IMG/VR virus record: IMGVR_UViG_3300046517_001279
From: an uncultured virus (IMG/VR IMGVR_UViG_3300046517_001279)
Lineage: Duplodnaviria; Heunggongvirae; Uroviricota; Caudoviricetes
Length of the DNA: 20,000 bases
Strand: one strand, 5' to 3'
Under the pieces are notes generated by a model. The model was not told where the DNA came from. It saw nothing but the letters and a program-made list of their open reading frames with translations, and did no database searches. The position numbers and the translations under genes are program-made. Numbering within the stretch: position 1 is the first letter of the stretch; every line of letters starts with the position of its first letter. Shown here piece after piece: positions 8,422 to 15,903 of the stretch.

Positions 8422-9665
8422 CCCAAAGCGACCGGCGAGCCGCCCGTCGCGATCGTGGAGTCCTGGATGGACATCGTCGTCACGAGCGAGCCCGCGACCG
8501 GCGCGATGTTGTTCAGGAGTGCCACGAACGGCACGGTCTGGACGATACCCACCTGGCCGTCGTTCTTCGTCGCGCCGTTCAGCTTGCAGCGCGGGAAGGT
8601 GTAGACCTGGAATGCGGCGTTCGGCGTGTTGTCGGCCGTGAGCGCCACGATGATCGACACTTCCTCTTCGTTGAAGAACGCAGACTGGAAAGTCTCGTCT
8701 TCGAAATAGGCCGACATCGTGCCCGACACGTCCATCGATCCCGGGAAGATGTCCGGCGCGACGTTGGAGCCGACCACGTCACCGCTGGTCATGTTGCCGT
8801 TGACCGTGAAGTCGATCGACGTCACCACAGCGATCTGCTGGCCGCCCATGTACATCGCGCCGTTCACCGCAGCGAGGATTTGACCTGTCGACGCGGCTGC
8901 CGGGTTCGTGAAGTACTGTGCGGTGGCTTCCGTGGCGTTGATGCCGAGGATCGGGAAGTCGACGGTCGCGAGGCCGGTCGACGGCAGCTTGACCGCCATC
9001 TGGCTCACGCGGCAGCCGACGAACAGTTCGCTCTGACCGATGTCCGAGTAGAAGTGCTCGATAGTGTACGAGTCGCGCGTGTGGCCGGTGAGCGGCATCC
9101 ACGTCTTCGAGCCCATCACCGCGCAGCTGACTGCCGTGCTGGCCGAGTCAGCCACCAGGAGTGTGCCGTCGAGGAAGACGCCGTTCAACGCCAGCGCGGT
9201 GATGCCGGTGATGAAGAAATTGTTGGCGTTATTCGCCGTGCCGACCGTGAAGCCTTCGAACTGCGCCACGTCGCCGAGCATGTAGCCGTCCGTCAGGAAC
9301 GAGCCGGCTGCACGGGTGATCTGCTGGGTCAGCGCGGTGCCCGCCACTGCGTCGAGCGCGGTCGCAGCCGTCGAGCCCGCCTTCTGCCACGCCTGGCGTG
9401 TAACGGACGCCATGAACTGCTGCCACGTGCCCACCGACAGTTCGTCGGAGATCGTGCCCGTGACCGAGCGCGTACCGTGGCGGAAGTCGGAGAACTGGTA
9501 GTCCGGACGGATTTCAGTCGACTTGTACGTCTTCTTCGACAGATCGACGTTGCTCGACGTGCGGCGCATCAACTGGCCCGAGGACGCCAGCGCGGGGACC
9601 GCGAAGGTCGTTTCCTTCGCGATGGTAAGTAGTTTTGATACGCCAACAGCGATCAAGCCGGACAT
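8418..9665 (-). CDS. Major tail tube protein
   Basis: 415 aa. KETTFA...STEIRPD.Q.SDFRHGTRSVTGTISDELS...SYTIEHFYSDI...VSGTMSAYFED is typical of siphovirus tube proteins. Lies between terminator and chaperone; RBS AGGGGA. Confidence 0.88.
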   Translation of the reverse strand: MSGLIAVGVSKLLTIAKETTFAVPALASSGQLMRRTSSNVDLSKKTYKSTEIRPDYQFSDFRHGTRSVTGTISDELSVGTWQQFMASVTRQAWQKAGSTAATALDAVAGTALTQQITRAAGSFLTDGYMLGDVAQFEGFTVGTANNANNFFITGITALALNGVFLDGTLLVADSASTAVSCAVMGSKTWMPLTGHTRDSYTIEHFYSDIGQSELFVGCRVSQMAVKLPSTGLATVDFPILGINATEATAQYFTNPAAASTGQILAAVNGAMYMGGQQIAVVTSIDFTVNGNMTSGDVVGSNVAPDIFPGSMDVSGTMSAYFEDETFQSAFFNEEEVSIIVALTADNTPNAAFQVYTFPRCKLNGATKNDGQVGIVQTVPFVALLNNIAPVAGSLVTTMSIQDSTIATGGSPVALG

Positions 9666-9725
9666 GTAGTTCCCCTATGGAAATTGACGCCCTGTCGGCG
9701 TTCTCGCGCGCATTATAGCGGATTC

Positions 9726-10145
9726 CTAACCGAATACGTCTTCGCGATAGCGAATGCGCACCGGAATAAAGAAAAACCCGTTCTGATCGTTCAAGCCTTT
9801 CGCGCGCGTCGGCGTGTAATCGACGTGGATCGTCACGCCGTTCTGCGTCAGGCCCACCCCGCGCGGGAACAGTGCGATGAGCGCATCGGCGATCGCCTCA
9901 GCCGGGCCGGGGCCATCGTTTTGAATTCCATACACGTTGATCTGATAGATGCCTACCAGGCGGTCGGACGCGACCCCGAGCCACGGGTTCTGCGTCGGCG
10001 CCGGCAGCATGGCGCACTGCAGAAACGCGGTGCTGGGGGATGGCGTATAGCCCGAGTTTTCCCAAGCGACGGGCAGCGCAGGCGTCTGAGCCGCAGCGAA
10101 CACCGCGATGCGTGTCTCGAAAGCTTCCCGGATGTCTGCGTTCAT
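9726..10145 (-). CDS. Tail terminator-like protein (DUF4128-like)
   Basis: Start reassigned to ATG 10145 (ATGA overlap), giving MNADIREAFETRI, 139 aa. Motifs VAWEN..YTP, GIYQINVY, ADALIALFPRG and IPVRIRYR; synteny before the tube gene. Confidence 0.8.
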   Translation of the reverse strand: MNADIREAFETRIAVFAAAQTPALPVAWENSGYTPSPSTAFLQCAMLPAPTQNPWLGVASDRLVGIYQINVYGIQNDGPGPAEAIADALIALFPRGVGLTQNGVTIHVDYTPTRAKGLNDQNGFFFIPVRIRYREDVFG

Positions 10146-10606
10146 ATTTTCAGTTTCTCGATGGCCGGCTTGACGAACTCTTCTTCCCACCCGATGGCCG
10201 TGACGCCAATGACGCCGGCCGGCGCCTGGGTCGAGAAGCCGTTGACCGTCTTTCCTGTGGGGCGCTTGGGCGGGTTGGGGTACAGGCCATACTCGATCGT
10301 GGGCATGTACGGCATGGCATTGTTCACGTACGTGATGCCACCGACCGGCGACTCCAGGATCTGCGCAGCGAGTTCCGCGACCGTGTCGGCGCCGCCCGCT
10401 GACTCGTCCTTTGCGGTCTCGTCTATGCTGTACGGCCGCGTGCCGGCGCCGAAATTCCAGTTGGCGCGCAGTGGCGTGATATCGACCGGCGTGCGCTCGA
10501 CCAGCGCGGCCGTGATCCCGATGGTCGCGTCGTGCACGACTGCGGTGACGTTGCCGAGCGCCTTGTCTCGGAACGCCTTGACCTTGGCTGCGAAGTCGTC
10601 GGCCAT
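10142..10606 (-). CDS. HK97 gp10-like neck/tail-completion protein
   Basis: 154 aa. RTPVDITPLRANW (variant of TPVDTG.LR.W), NNAMPYMPTIEYG and GFSTQAPAGVI; synteny. Confidence 0.8.
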   Translation of the reverse strand: MADDFAAKVKAFRDKALGNVTAVVHDATIGITAALVERTPVDITPLRANWNFGAGTRPYSIDETAKDESAGGADTVAELAAQILESPVGGITYVNNAMPYMPTIEYGLYPNPPKRPTGKTVNGFSTQAPAGVIGVTAIGWEEEFVKPAIEKLKI

Positions 10607-11031
10607 TACGATGTGGTGATACCGCGCACATGCGCCTCGTGCACGATCGGAGTCGCACCAGACGGGTCGGTCGTGGTCGTCGCCTGGACGCTGTAGACGT
10701 TCCCCACCGAGTCGATGATCTGGTCGTCCGTGCTCGGCTGGGGCATCTGCACGGCCGCGCCGTTGAGCGTTGCCTGCATGCTCAGCAGCAGCCGCTTGTC
10801 ACCCTGTTGGATCTCGGTGCCGCGCATCGTCGTCACGGACGGCGAACTCATGGAGAAATCCACGAGCACGCCTTGGCCGACATACGTGGTCGTGGTCGTC
10901 GTGTTCTTGCTGGTCGCCGGGTCGTACGAGGTCGCCCCTTGCTGCACGAGCGTGATCTGCTGCCCGTAGCTCTGCAGCATCGTGACCGTGGTGTTCTGGA
11001 GCCGCGTGTAGATGCTTGAGAGGGCGGTCAT
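10606..11031 (-). CDS. Putative head closure (head-tail joining) protein
   Basis: Start reassigned to ATG 11031 (ATGA overlap), giving MTALSSIYTRLQ, 141 aa. Motifs YGQQITL...YDPAT and GTEIQQGDKRLLL; synteny. Confidence 0.72.
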   Translation of the reverse strand: MTALSSIYTRLQNTTVTMLQSYGQQITLVQQGATSYDPATSKNTTTTTTYVGQGVLVDFSMSSPSVTTMRGTEIQQGDKRLLLSMQATLNGAAVQMPQPSTDDQIIDSVGNVYSVQATTTTDPSGATPIVHEAHVRGITTS

Positions 11032-11438
11032 TTGCGCTTCTGCTTTTTCTTCAGCTTGTCGTAGGCCGCGAACAGGCGCTGGCACATCGCCTGCATGCAG
11101 TACGCCTTGAATTCCTTGCTGGGATTCTCCTCGCCCAGTTCTTCCATCGCGTAGTCACACAGGTGTGTCGCCTCATGCACGATCATCGCGTGGACCTGTG
11201 CGAGCGTCAGGTCGTCGCGCTCCGTGATGCAGATGATCGCAGCCGGCTCGCCGTCGCCCGAGCAGTCGAACCGGTGCACCGTCGCGCCCGACGTCGGTCG
11301 GAACAGGTAGGGCGTCCGGTCCTCTGGCTTGATCTTCAGGTGGTCGAGCGCCTTCTGATACTGCTTCTCGGTGATGCAGAGGCAGAAGTTGAACGGGTTC
11401 TTGATCAGGGTGCGCTCGCACCAGATGCCGCCGCTCAT
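11028..11438 (-). CDS. Hypothetical protein with HExxH (zincin-like) motif
   Basis: 136 aa, translationally coupled to both neighbours. Contains AMIVHEATHLCDY...KEFKAY. Confidence 0.7.
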   Translation of the reverse strand: MSGGIWCERTLIKNPFNFCLCITEKQYQKALDHLKIKPEDRTPYLFRPTSGATVHRFDCSGDGEPAAIICITERDDLTLAQVHAMIVHEATHLCDYAMEELGEENPSKEFKAYCMQAMCQRLFAAYDKLKKKQKRK

Positions 11439-11680
11439 TCTGGCGCAACCCCGAGAGCGACAGGCGGCATGCCCCCACCGATCACCGACAGCATGACGAG
11501 CGCGCCGTTCTTCAGCGCCTCGATCTCCTCAGCGGTCGGGCGCCAGAACGAAACGATGGCGTCGACGCCGTCGTACGTGGTCCGCGTGATAGGCAGAGCG
11601 TCGCACGGCAGCGTCGCCTGGTCCCACCCTGCGGGCGCGCCAAGCACTCCGTTATTCGACCGGTGCTGAGTCTTGTTCAT
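11435..11680 (-). CDS. Small hypothetical phage protein
   Basis: 81 aa with ATGA-type overlaps on both sides; LGAPAGWD...CDALP...SFWRPTAEEIEALKNG...MPPV. Confidence 0.72.
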   Translation of the reverse strand: MNKTQHRSNNGVLGAPAGWDQATLPCDALPITRTTYDGVDAIVSFWRPTAEEIEALKNGALVMLSVIGGGMPPVALGVAPE

Positions 11681-12285
11681 ATGCGATTGATCCGCGTCGT
11701 CAGACCGTTCGTGCCATCCAGATACGGATTGAGCAGCAGATCGATCTGGCGGTAGCGCCGGTACTGCGGCGACATCCGGTCGTAGTTCACCTGGATCGGG
11801 CCGACCTTTTCGACGAGCGTGCGTTGATCCAGATCAGGCCACAGCGTCTGATTGGTCTGTGCGAGCACCGCGGCGCGCTGCGCCAGCTCGATGTTGGCCG
11901 TCACGACCTCGTTGGGCACCAGGTTGGCCGGGAACGTGTAGCTCAAGCGTTGGTCGACGAAGAATGACGCAGTGTCCTTCAGGATCACGCCGATGCGCGG
12001 CCAGTCCAGAGACTGGCCCGGCAGCCACGCACCCGGCTGCCCGAGGAGGGCCGGATTCGGGATCGCAGCCGGCTGCACCCGCAGCCCGAGCCAGCGCATG
12101 CGGTACACGCCCGTCATGTACTGGCAAGCCTGCTGCAGGTATTGCTCCTGCTGTGACTCGGTCAGCGCGGCCCACCACGCGTAACCCATGTTCGCGCAGT
12201 AGGTGAGGGCGGCAGCGACCGTCGAATATGAATTCGAATTCTGGACGACGGTGCCGTCTTCGACGATCAGCGTGCCGGTTGTCAC
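11677..12285 (-). CDS. Head-tail adaptor (connector; DnaT-like-annotated family)
   Basis: 202 aa. LIVEDGT...NSYSTVA...QSLDWPR...VPNEV...ELA...EKVGPIQVNY...LLNPYL is a characteristic adaptor signature. Confidence 0.82.
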   Translation of the reverse strand: MTTGTLIVEDGTVVQNSNSYSTVAAALTYCANMGYAWWAALTESQQEQYLQQACQYMTGVYRMRWLGLRVQPAAIPNPALLGQPGAWLPGQSLDWPRIGVILKDTASFFVDQRLSYTFPANLVPNEVVTANIELAQRAAVLAQTNQTLWPDLDQRTLVEKVGPIQVNYDRMSPQYRRYRQIDLLLNPYLDGTNGLTTRINRI

Positions 12286-12581
12286 GATGCAGGCGTCTCA
12301 GTATTCGCAGCGGTTTTGATCGCGGCCAGCGCTGCTTCGTCCGCTGCGATCTTCGCGTTGGCGTCCGCTTCAGCCGCAGCCTGCTGGGCAGCGGTCGCGG
12401 CATCCGTCGCCTGCTGTTGCGCGGTGTTGGCGATCGACTGCTTCTTCATCGCCTTGCGGCGGGCGGCCTCCGCTGCATCGTCGGCGAGCACCATGCTGTC
12501 GGTGAGGTCGGACAGGTTCACGATCATGAAGCCGCCCGGCGCTGCCGGGTTCAGTACTTTGGCGGTCGGGAGTGCGGGCAT
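12282..12581 (-). CDS. Small Ala-rich virion-associated hypothetical protein
   Basis: 99 aa, coupled to the adaptor by a GTGA overlap. The N-terminus LPTAKVLNPAAPGGFMIVNLSD resembles small proteins often found just after phage capsid genes (recognition only). Confidence 0.7.
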   Translation of the reverse strand: MPALPTAKVLNPAAPGGFMIVNLSDLTDSMVLADDAAEAARRKAMKKQSIANTAQQQATDAATAAQQAAAEADANAKIAADEAALAAIKTAANTETPAS

Positions 12582-12582
12582 G

Positions 12583-12780
12583 TCATTTCACCTTCTTGTT
12601 GTGAGCCGCCATCAGCTTCCTGGCTTGCGCCATGTCCGCTGCCTTGTCGGCCGGGGAGTTGTCGTAGAGATCGTACGCCTGCTGCAGCGTGATCTTGCCA
12701 GCGGGCGGCGTCTTGTTGGTCATCGACGGTGTCGACTTGGTGCTCTTGACTGCGGGTTTTGCTGCGGGTTTCATAGCCAC
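12583..12780 (-). CDS. Small Lys/Ala-rich basic hypothetical protein
   Basis: 65 aa, GGAG RBS before the GTG start, stop 1 nt before the next ATG. Confidence 0.65.
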   Translation of the reverse strand: MAMKPAAKPAVKSTKSTPSMTNKTPPAGKITLQQAYDLYDNSPADKAADMAQARKLMAAHNKKVK

Positions 12781-12809
12781 GTAGAGGCTCCATCGGCTCA
12801 GTTTGCCGC

Positions 12810-12818
12810 ATTGTAGCA
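12810..12818 (-). promoter_or_regulatory. Extended -10 promoter element TGcTACAAT
   Basis: Lies in the gap between the HNH stop (12837) and the 65-aa gene. Confidence 0.45.
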
Positions 12819-12836
12819 GCGGAACGAGGCGGTTTG

Positions 12837-13715
12837 TTAGGTGTCCTGCGTTTGCGCGGCTTTGAGAGCGCGGTTGCGGGCGATCGTGGCTTTGCGTTTG
12901 GCGACTGTTTCGGGGGACTGCTTCTTACCCTTGTGCGACTCGCTCATGCGTTGGCGCTGCTCGGCAGTGTAGACGTCCGTACCGTTTTTACGGCGCGTCT
13001 CGTGCGCTTTCAGGGCGCGCGCCGTCGCCGCTTCGGGGGACTCGTCACGCGCTTGCTGAGATGCGCTCATCTTCAAGCGCTGCTCATCGGAGAACTTGTC
13101 GGTGCCGTTCTTGCGGCGCGTCTCCCAGGCTTTGGACGCAGCGGTTTTGCGGTCTTCCGTGGAGCGGGCGAGTTGGGCCTCACGGATCTTCTGTCCGTTC
13201 TCTTCCTTGTCCGTGCGTGCAAACGCTGCTGTGGACTGCTTGGCCTTGGTCTCGTCCGTGAGTACGGCACCAATCCGCGTGCCGGGCTTACCCATGAGCG
13301 CCGCGCTGACCTTTGCCACATGCTCCGGCGACTTCGGTACGTCCTTGAGTCCCGCAGATATCTTTCGCTTGGCCTCTTCCGTGTGCTTGGAGCCGCGCCT
13401 GAGATCCCCCATCGCTTTGGCTACACGCGCCTTCAGCCAGCCGTATTGCTTGTTGCGGGGCATCGGGTACCGCACCCCGTTAGCGTTCGCCAGCATGATA
13501 TTCGCAGCGAATGCTAGCTTTCCGTTCTCCGGATGCATCTTTGCCAGAAGTTGGTGAGCAACCATGTGCTCGGGTGCCGTCAGATCAACCAGATTACGTG
13601 GCTCGTTGCCGCCTCCGAGGCATCGTGGAACAACGTGGTGGCGTTCCGTGTAGCAAGTCAGCATGCGATTGCGTGCACGCTCGACCAGTATTTCGTAGTG
13701 CTTAGCGTAATCCAC
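12837..13715 (-). CDS. Free-standing HNH homing endonuclease with NUMOD3-like DNA-binding repeats
   Basis: 292 aa. The N-terminal YTERHHVVPRCLGGGNEPRNLVDLTAPEHMVAHQLLAK is an HNH motif of the T4 Mob-like type. The C-terminus has basic repeats GSKHTEEAKRKISAG, PKSPEHVAKVSA, LTDETKAKQS and GKKQSPETVAKR. RBS GGGGA before GTG. Confidence 0.88.
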   Translation of the reverse strand: MDYAKHYEILVERARNRMLTCYTERHHVVPRCLGGGNEPRNLVDLTAPEHMVAHQLLAKMHPENGKLAFAANIMLANANGVRYPMPRNKQYGWLKARVAKAMGDLRRGSKHTEEAKRKISAGLKDVPKSPEHVAKVSAALMGKPGTRIGAVLTDETKAKQSTAAFARTDKEENGQKIREAQLARSTEDRKTAASKAWETRRKNGTDKFSDEQRLKMSASQQARDESPEAATARALKAHETRRKNGTDVYTAEQRQRMSESHKGKKQSPETVAKRKATIARNRALKAAQTQDT

Positions 13716-13745
13716 TTGAAATCCCCGTTCGATTATTTGAAATTT

Positions 13746-13799
13746 GGAGGCTATTCAGCGGAACGAGCACTGAAAGGGCTGGCCGGCCCGTTCACCTCC
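13746..13799 (-). ncRNA. Putative structured 5' leader RNA (three-stem junction) of the HNH gene
   Basis: Minus strand GGAGG-tgaac-GGGC-cggcca-GCCC-t-TTCAGTG-ctcgttc-CGCTGAA-tag-CCTCC forms three nested stems. It begins about 7 nt after the predicted -10 box. Confidence 0.5.
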
Positions 13800-13806
13800 G
13801 ACTCGG

Positions 13807-13836
13807 AGTTTACACAAACGAAATGGCTCTACGCAA
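13807..13836 (-). promoter_or_regulatory. sigma70-like promoter for the HNH gene (TTGCGT-N18-TAAACT)
   Basis: -35 at 13831-13836 and -10 at 13807-13812, immediately downstream of the capsid terminator. Confidence 0.5.
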
Positions 13837-13861
13837 GTACTTTCGCGTAAATCGATACGCT

Positions 13862-13898
13862 AAAGAAAAACCCTCCATAGCTTTCGCTACGGAGGGTT
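13862..13898 (-). terminator. Rho-independent terminator after the major capsid gene
   Basis: AACCCTCCGTAGC-GAAA-GCTATGGAGGGTT (13-bp stem with one G-U pair, GNRA loop) followed by TTTCTTT, about 20 nt after the capsid stop. Confidence 0.9.
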
Positions 13899-13918
13899 CT
13901 GGTGACAGGCTGTACCGA

Positions 13919-15061
13919 CTACCCCATGAGGGTGCACGTGTGCTCGGGCTTGATGACCGCCGCGCCGTACGCAATCGCAAGCTCGTAGTACACCTGACGA
14001 TACTGCTGGTAGAGAGAGCAGTCGAAAGCCAGGCCGCTTCGCGGGTCGACAATCGTTACGCGGTCCACCGCCATATCCCCTTCCACGGGGAGCGCGGGCG
14101 CTCTCGTCACAAGCGCCAGACTGTTCCGGTGGTAGGCCATATTCGGCGCATATGCCGCCCCGATCGTGACTGCGGTACCGGCTTGCAGCGTGGTCAACAG
14201 GCCCGGCTTGTTGATCGTGACCGTACCCGGAGCCGCGATGCCGCCCATCGCAGCGACCACGTAACCGTTCGGATCGCCCGCCGCGTACACGACATCCCCG
14301 GGAACCACGGTGCCCGTACCGGTCACCAGCGGAATCGTCGTCGAGCCCATCGGCACGACGCCCGAAGTCACGTAGCCTGCACCGGTACCCTTGGTCGTCT
14401 CGCCGATCTGAGCCGACTCGCGGATCTCGAAGCCGTGTACGTCGAGCAGCACGCCTTGGCGCAGCAGCGAGTCGTCGGCCGCTTCATTGGCCTTCGTCAG
14501 TTGCGTGAGCGTGCGCATCTTCGCGCCGGCCGTCGTGTTCATCGTCAGGTGGATGTCGGAGAGCGGCGAGCCGTTATCCGAGAGCACCTTGCGAGCGTTG
14601 GCCGTGGCCGACAGGTCGGTAGCGAACGGCGTGGTGCCGGCGACGCCGACAGCACGCGAGGCACCTGCGATGAACTTGCCACCGATGTACGCCTCGATGC
14701 CGTTGCACAGTGTGCGCATCGCCTGGAGGATCTGGTCGTTCTTGATCTTGGCGTAACCCGGACCCGTGTTCAAGCCGCGCTGTTCTTCACCATTCCAGCG
14801 GAACGGAACGGCCTTCGCGAACTCGATCGTGAGCGGAGTTTCGCCGATGATCTGGTCGCCCGTGTTCGGCGCCGTCACACCCGGAGTGATGTCGTTGGAG
14901 GCCGATGCCGGCGTGATCGGCACCATGATCTGTTGACCCACTGCAGCGCGGGCGGCGCTGGCGTCCATCGCTACGGACGGGATGAACCCGACCATCTCGC
15001 GCGAGACGATGTCCAGCGATTCATAGAGAGTCGGGAGAAGCCCGGTCAGTGTATTTGCCAC
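13919..15061 (-). CDS. Major capsid protein (P22 coat protein-like, HK97 fold)
   Basis: Start reassigned to GTG 15061 (GAGGA RBS 9 nt upstream), giving MANTLTGLLPTLYESLDIVSREMVGFIPSV...KPEHTCTLMG, 380 aa. Follows the scaffold gene and precedes a strong terminator. Confidence 0.9.
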   Translation of the reverse strand: MANTLTGLLPTLYESLDIVSREMVGFIPSVAMDASAARAAVGQQIMVPITPASASNDITPGVTAPNTGDQIIGETPLTIEFAKAVPFRWNGEEQRGLNTGPGYAKIKNDQILQAMRTLCNGIEAYIGGKFIAGASRAVGVAGTTPFATDLSATANARKVLSDNGSPLSDIHLTMNTTAGAKMRTLTQLTKANEAADDSLLRQGVLLDVHGFEIRESAQIGETTKGTGAGYVTSGVVPMGSTTIPLVTGTGTVVPGDVVYAAGDPNGYVVAAMGGIAAPGTVTINKPGLLTTLQAGTAVTIGAAYAPNMAYHRNSLALVTRAPALPVEGDMAVDRVTIVDPRSGLAFDCSLYQQYRQVYYELAIAYGAAVIKPEHTCTLMG

Positions 15062-15084
15062 AGTGGTCAATCCTCTTTTTAAAA

Positions 15085-15903
15085 TTAATCGTCCGTAATC
15101 GCGACACCCGAACGCGCTGCCTTGCTCTGTTCGAGCGGGCTCAATGCGTCAAAGGCCGTCCGCGTCATGCTCTTGCTGTCGTTACCGCCACCACCGCCAC
15201 CCTTCGAGCCGCTTGCCCCCGAGCCGCTTGCCCCCGAAGCCTTCAAGATGTGGTCACGATTCGGGTACTGGTCCACCAGTTGACCGATCGCTTCTTCAAA
15301 ATCTGCCAGTTCGCCGGGCCGCGCACGCGAAAACACCTTGTTACCTTGTGCGTCGAGCGCGACCAGCTTGCCGTCTTCCACCTTGAAATTCTTGCCAAAC
15401 GCTGCCTGAACCAGGTCCATCGGAATCGCGAGCTTTTCCTGAATGAACTTCGAGCGGGCGAAACTACCGCCGACGATCTCGTTGTTCAGATGGCCCTGGA
15501 GCGCTTCGCGATCCGCCATCAGCTTGCCTTCCTTGGTGCCGAACTCTTCCTGCAACGTCTTCAGCCGTGCGTCGTATTCCGCCTTGGCCGCCGTCCGAAC
15601 TTCGTCCAGCTTGCCGGCCTCGATGAGCTTGCCGTCGCCGATGTCCTTCAGTTGCTGCAGTGCCTTGCGGCTTGCTTCGGGGTCCAAACCTTCGAACACC
15701 TTAAGCTGCTGCTGCAACGTGCCCACCGTCCCTTCCGCCGTTTCCTTCGCTTCGCGGTGCGTCTGCGCTTCGCGGTTCAGGCGGCTGATGGTTTCCACGG
15801 TGCGCGCTGCGTCGAACGGGATTTCCTTGCCGTCGTCGTGCACATAAACCGGTTTGCCATCGACCAGGATTGCGTGGCCTTCGTCGTCGAGTTTGAGCTT
15901 CAT
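15085..15903 (-). CDS. Capsid scaffolding protein (DUF6651-like)
   Basis: Start reassigned to ATG 15903 (AGGA RBS), giving MKLKLDDEGHAILVDGKPVYVHDDGKEIPFDA, 272 aa. Coiled-coil middle, SRARPGELADFEEA motif and Gly-rich linker. Confidence 0.85.
   Translation of the reverse strand: MKLKLDDEGHAILVDGKPVYVHDDGKEIPFDAARTVETISRLNREAQTHREAKETAEGTVGTLQQQLKVFEGLDPEASRKALQQLKDIGDGKLIEAGKLDEVRTAAKAEYDARLKTLQEEFGTKEGKLMADREALQGHLNNEIVGGSFARSKFIQEKLAIPMDLVQAAFGKNFKVEDGKLVALDAQGNKVFSRARPGELADFEEAIGQLVDQYPNRDHILKASGASGSGASGSKGGGGGGNDSKSMTRTAFDALSPLEQSKAARSGVAITDD

Noticed and set aside
13746..13799. Hammerhead ribozyme or tRNA interpretation of the three-stem leader
   Set aside because: It lacks the CUGANGA/GAAA core in the required junction positions on either strand, and it is too short for a tRNA and has no T-loop motif.
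12837..13918. HNH as an ORF within a group I intron interrupting the capsid gene
   Set aside because: The capsid ORF ends with a natural-looking C-terminus and is followed by a terminator. No intron core or downstream exon is evident, and only about 55 nt separate the HNH stop from the next gene.
15183..15240. Short tandem repeats (gccgcttgccccc x2; ccaccg) at the scaffold 3' end
   Set aside because: Explained by the Gly/Ser linker ASGASGSGASGSKGGGGGG in the protein.
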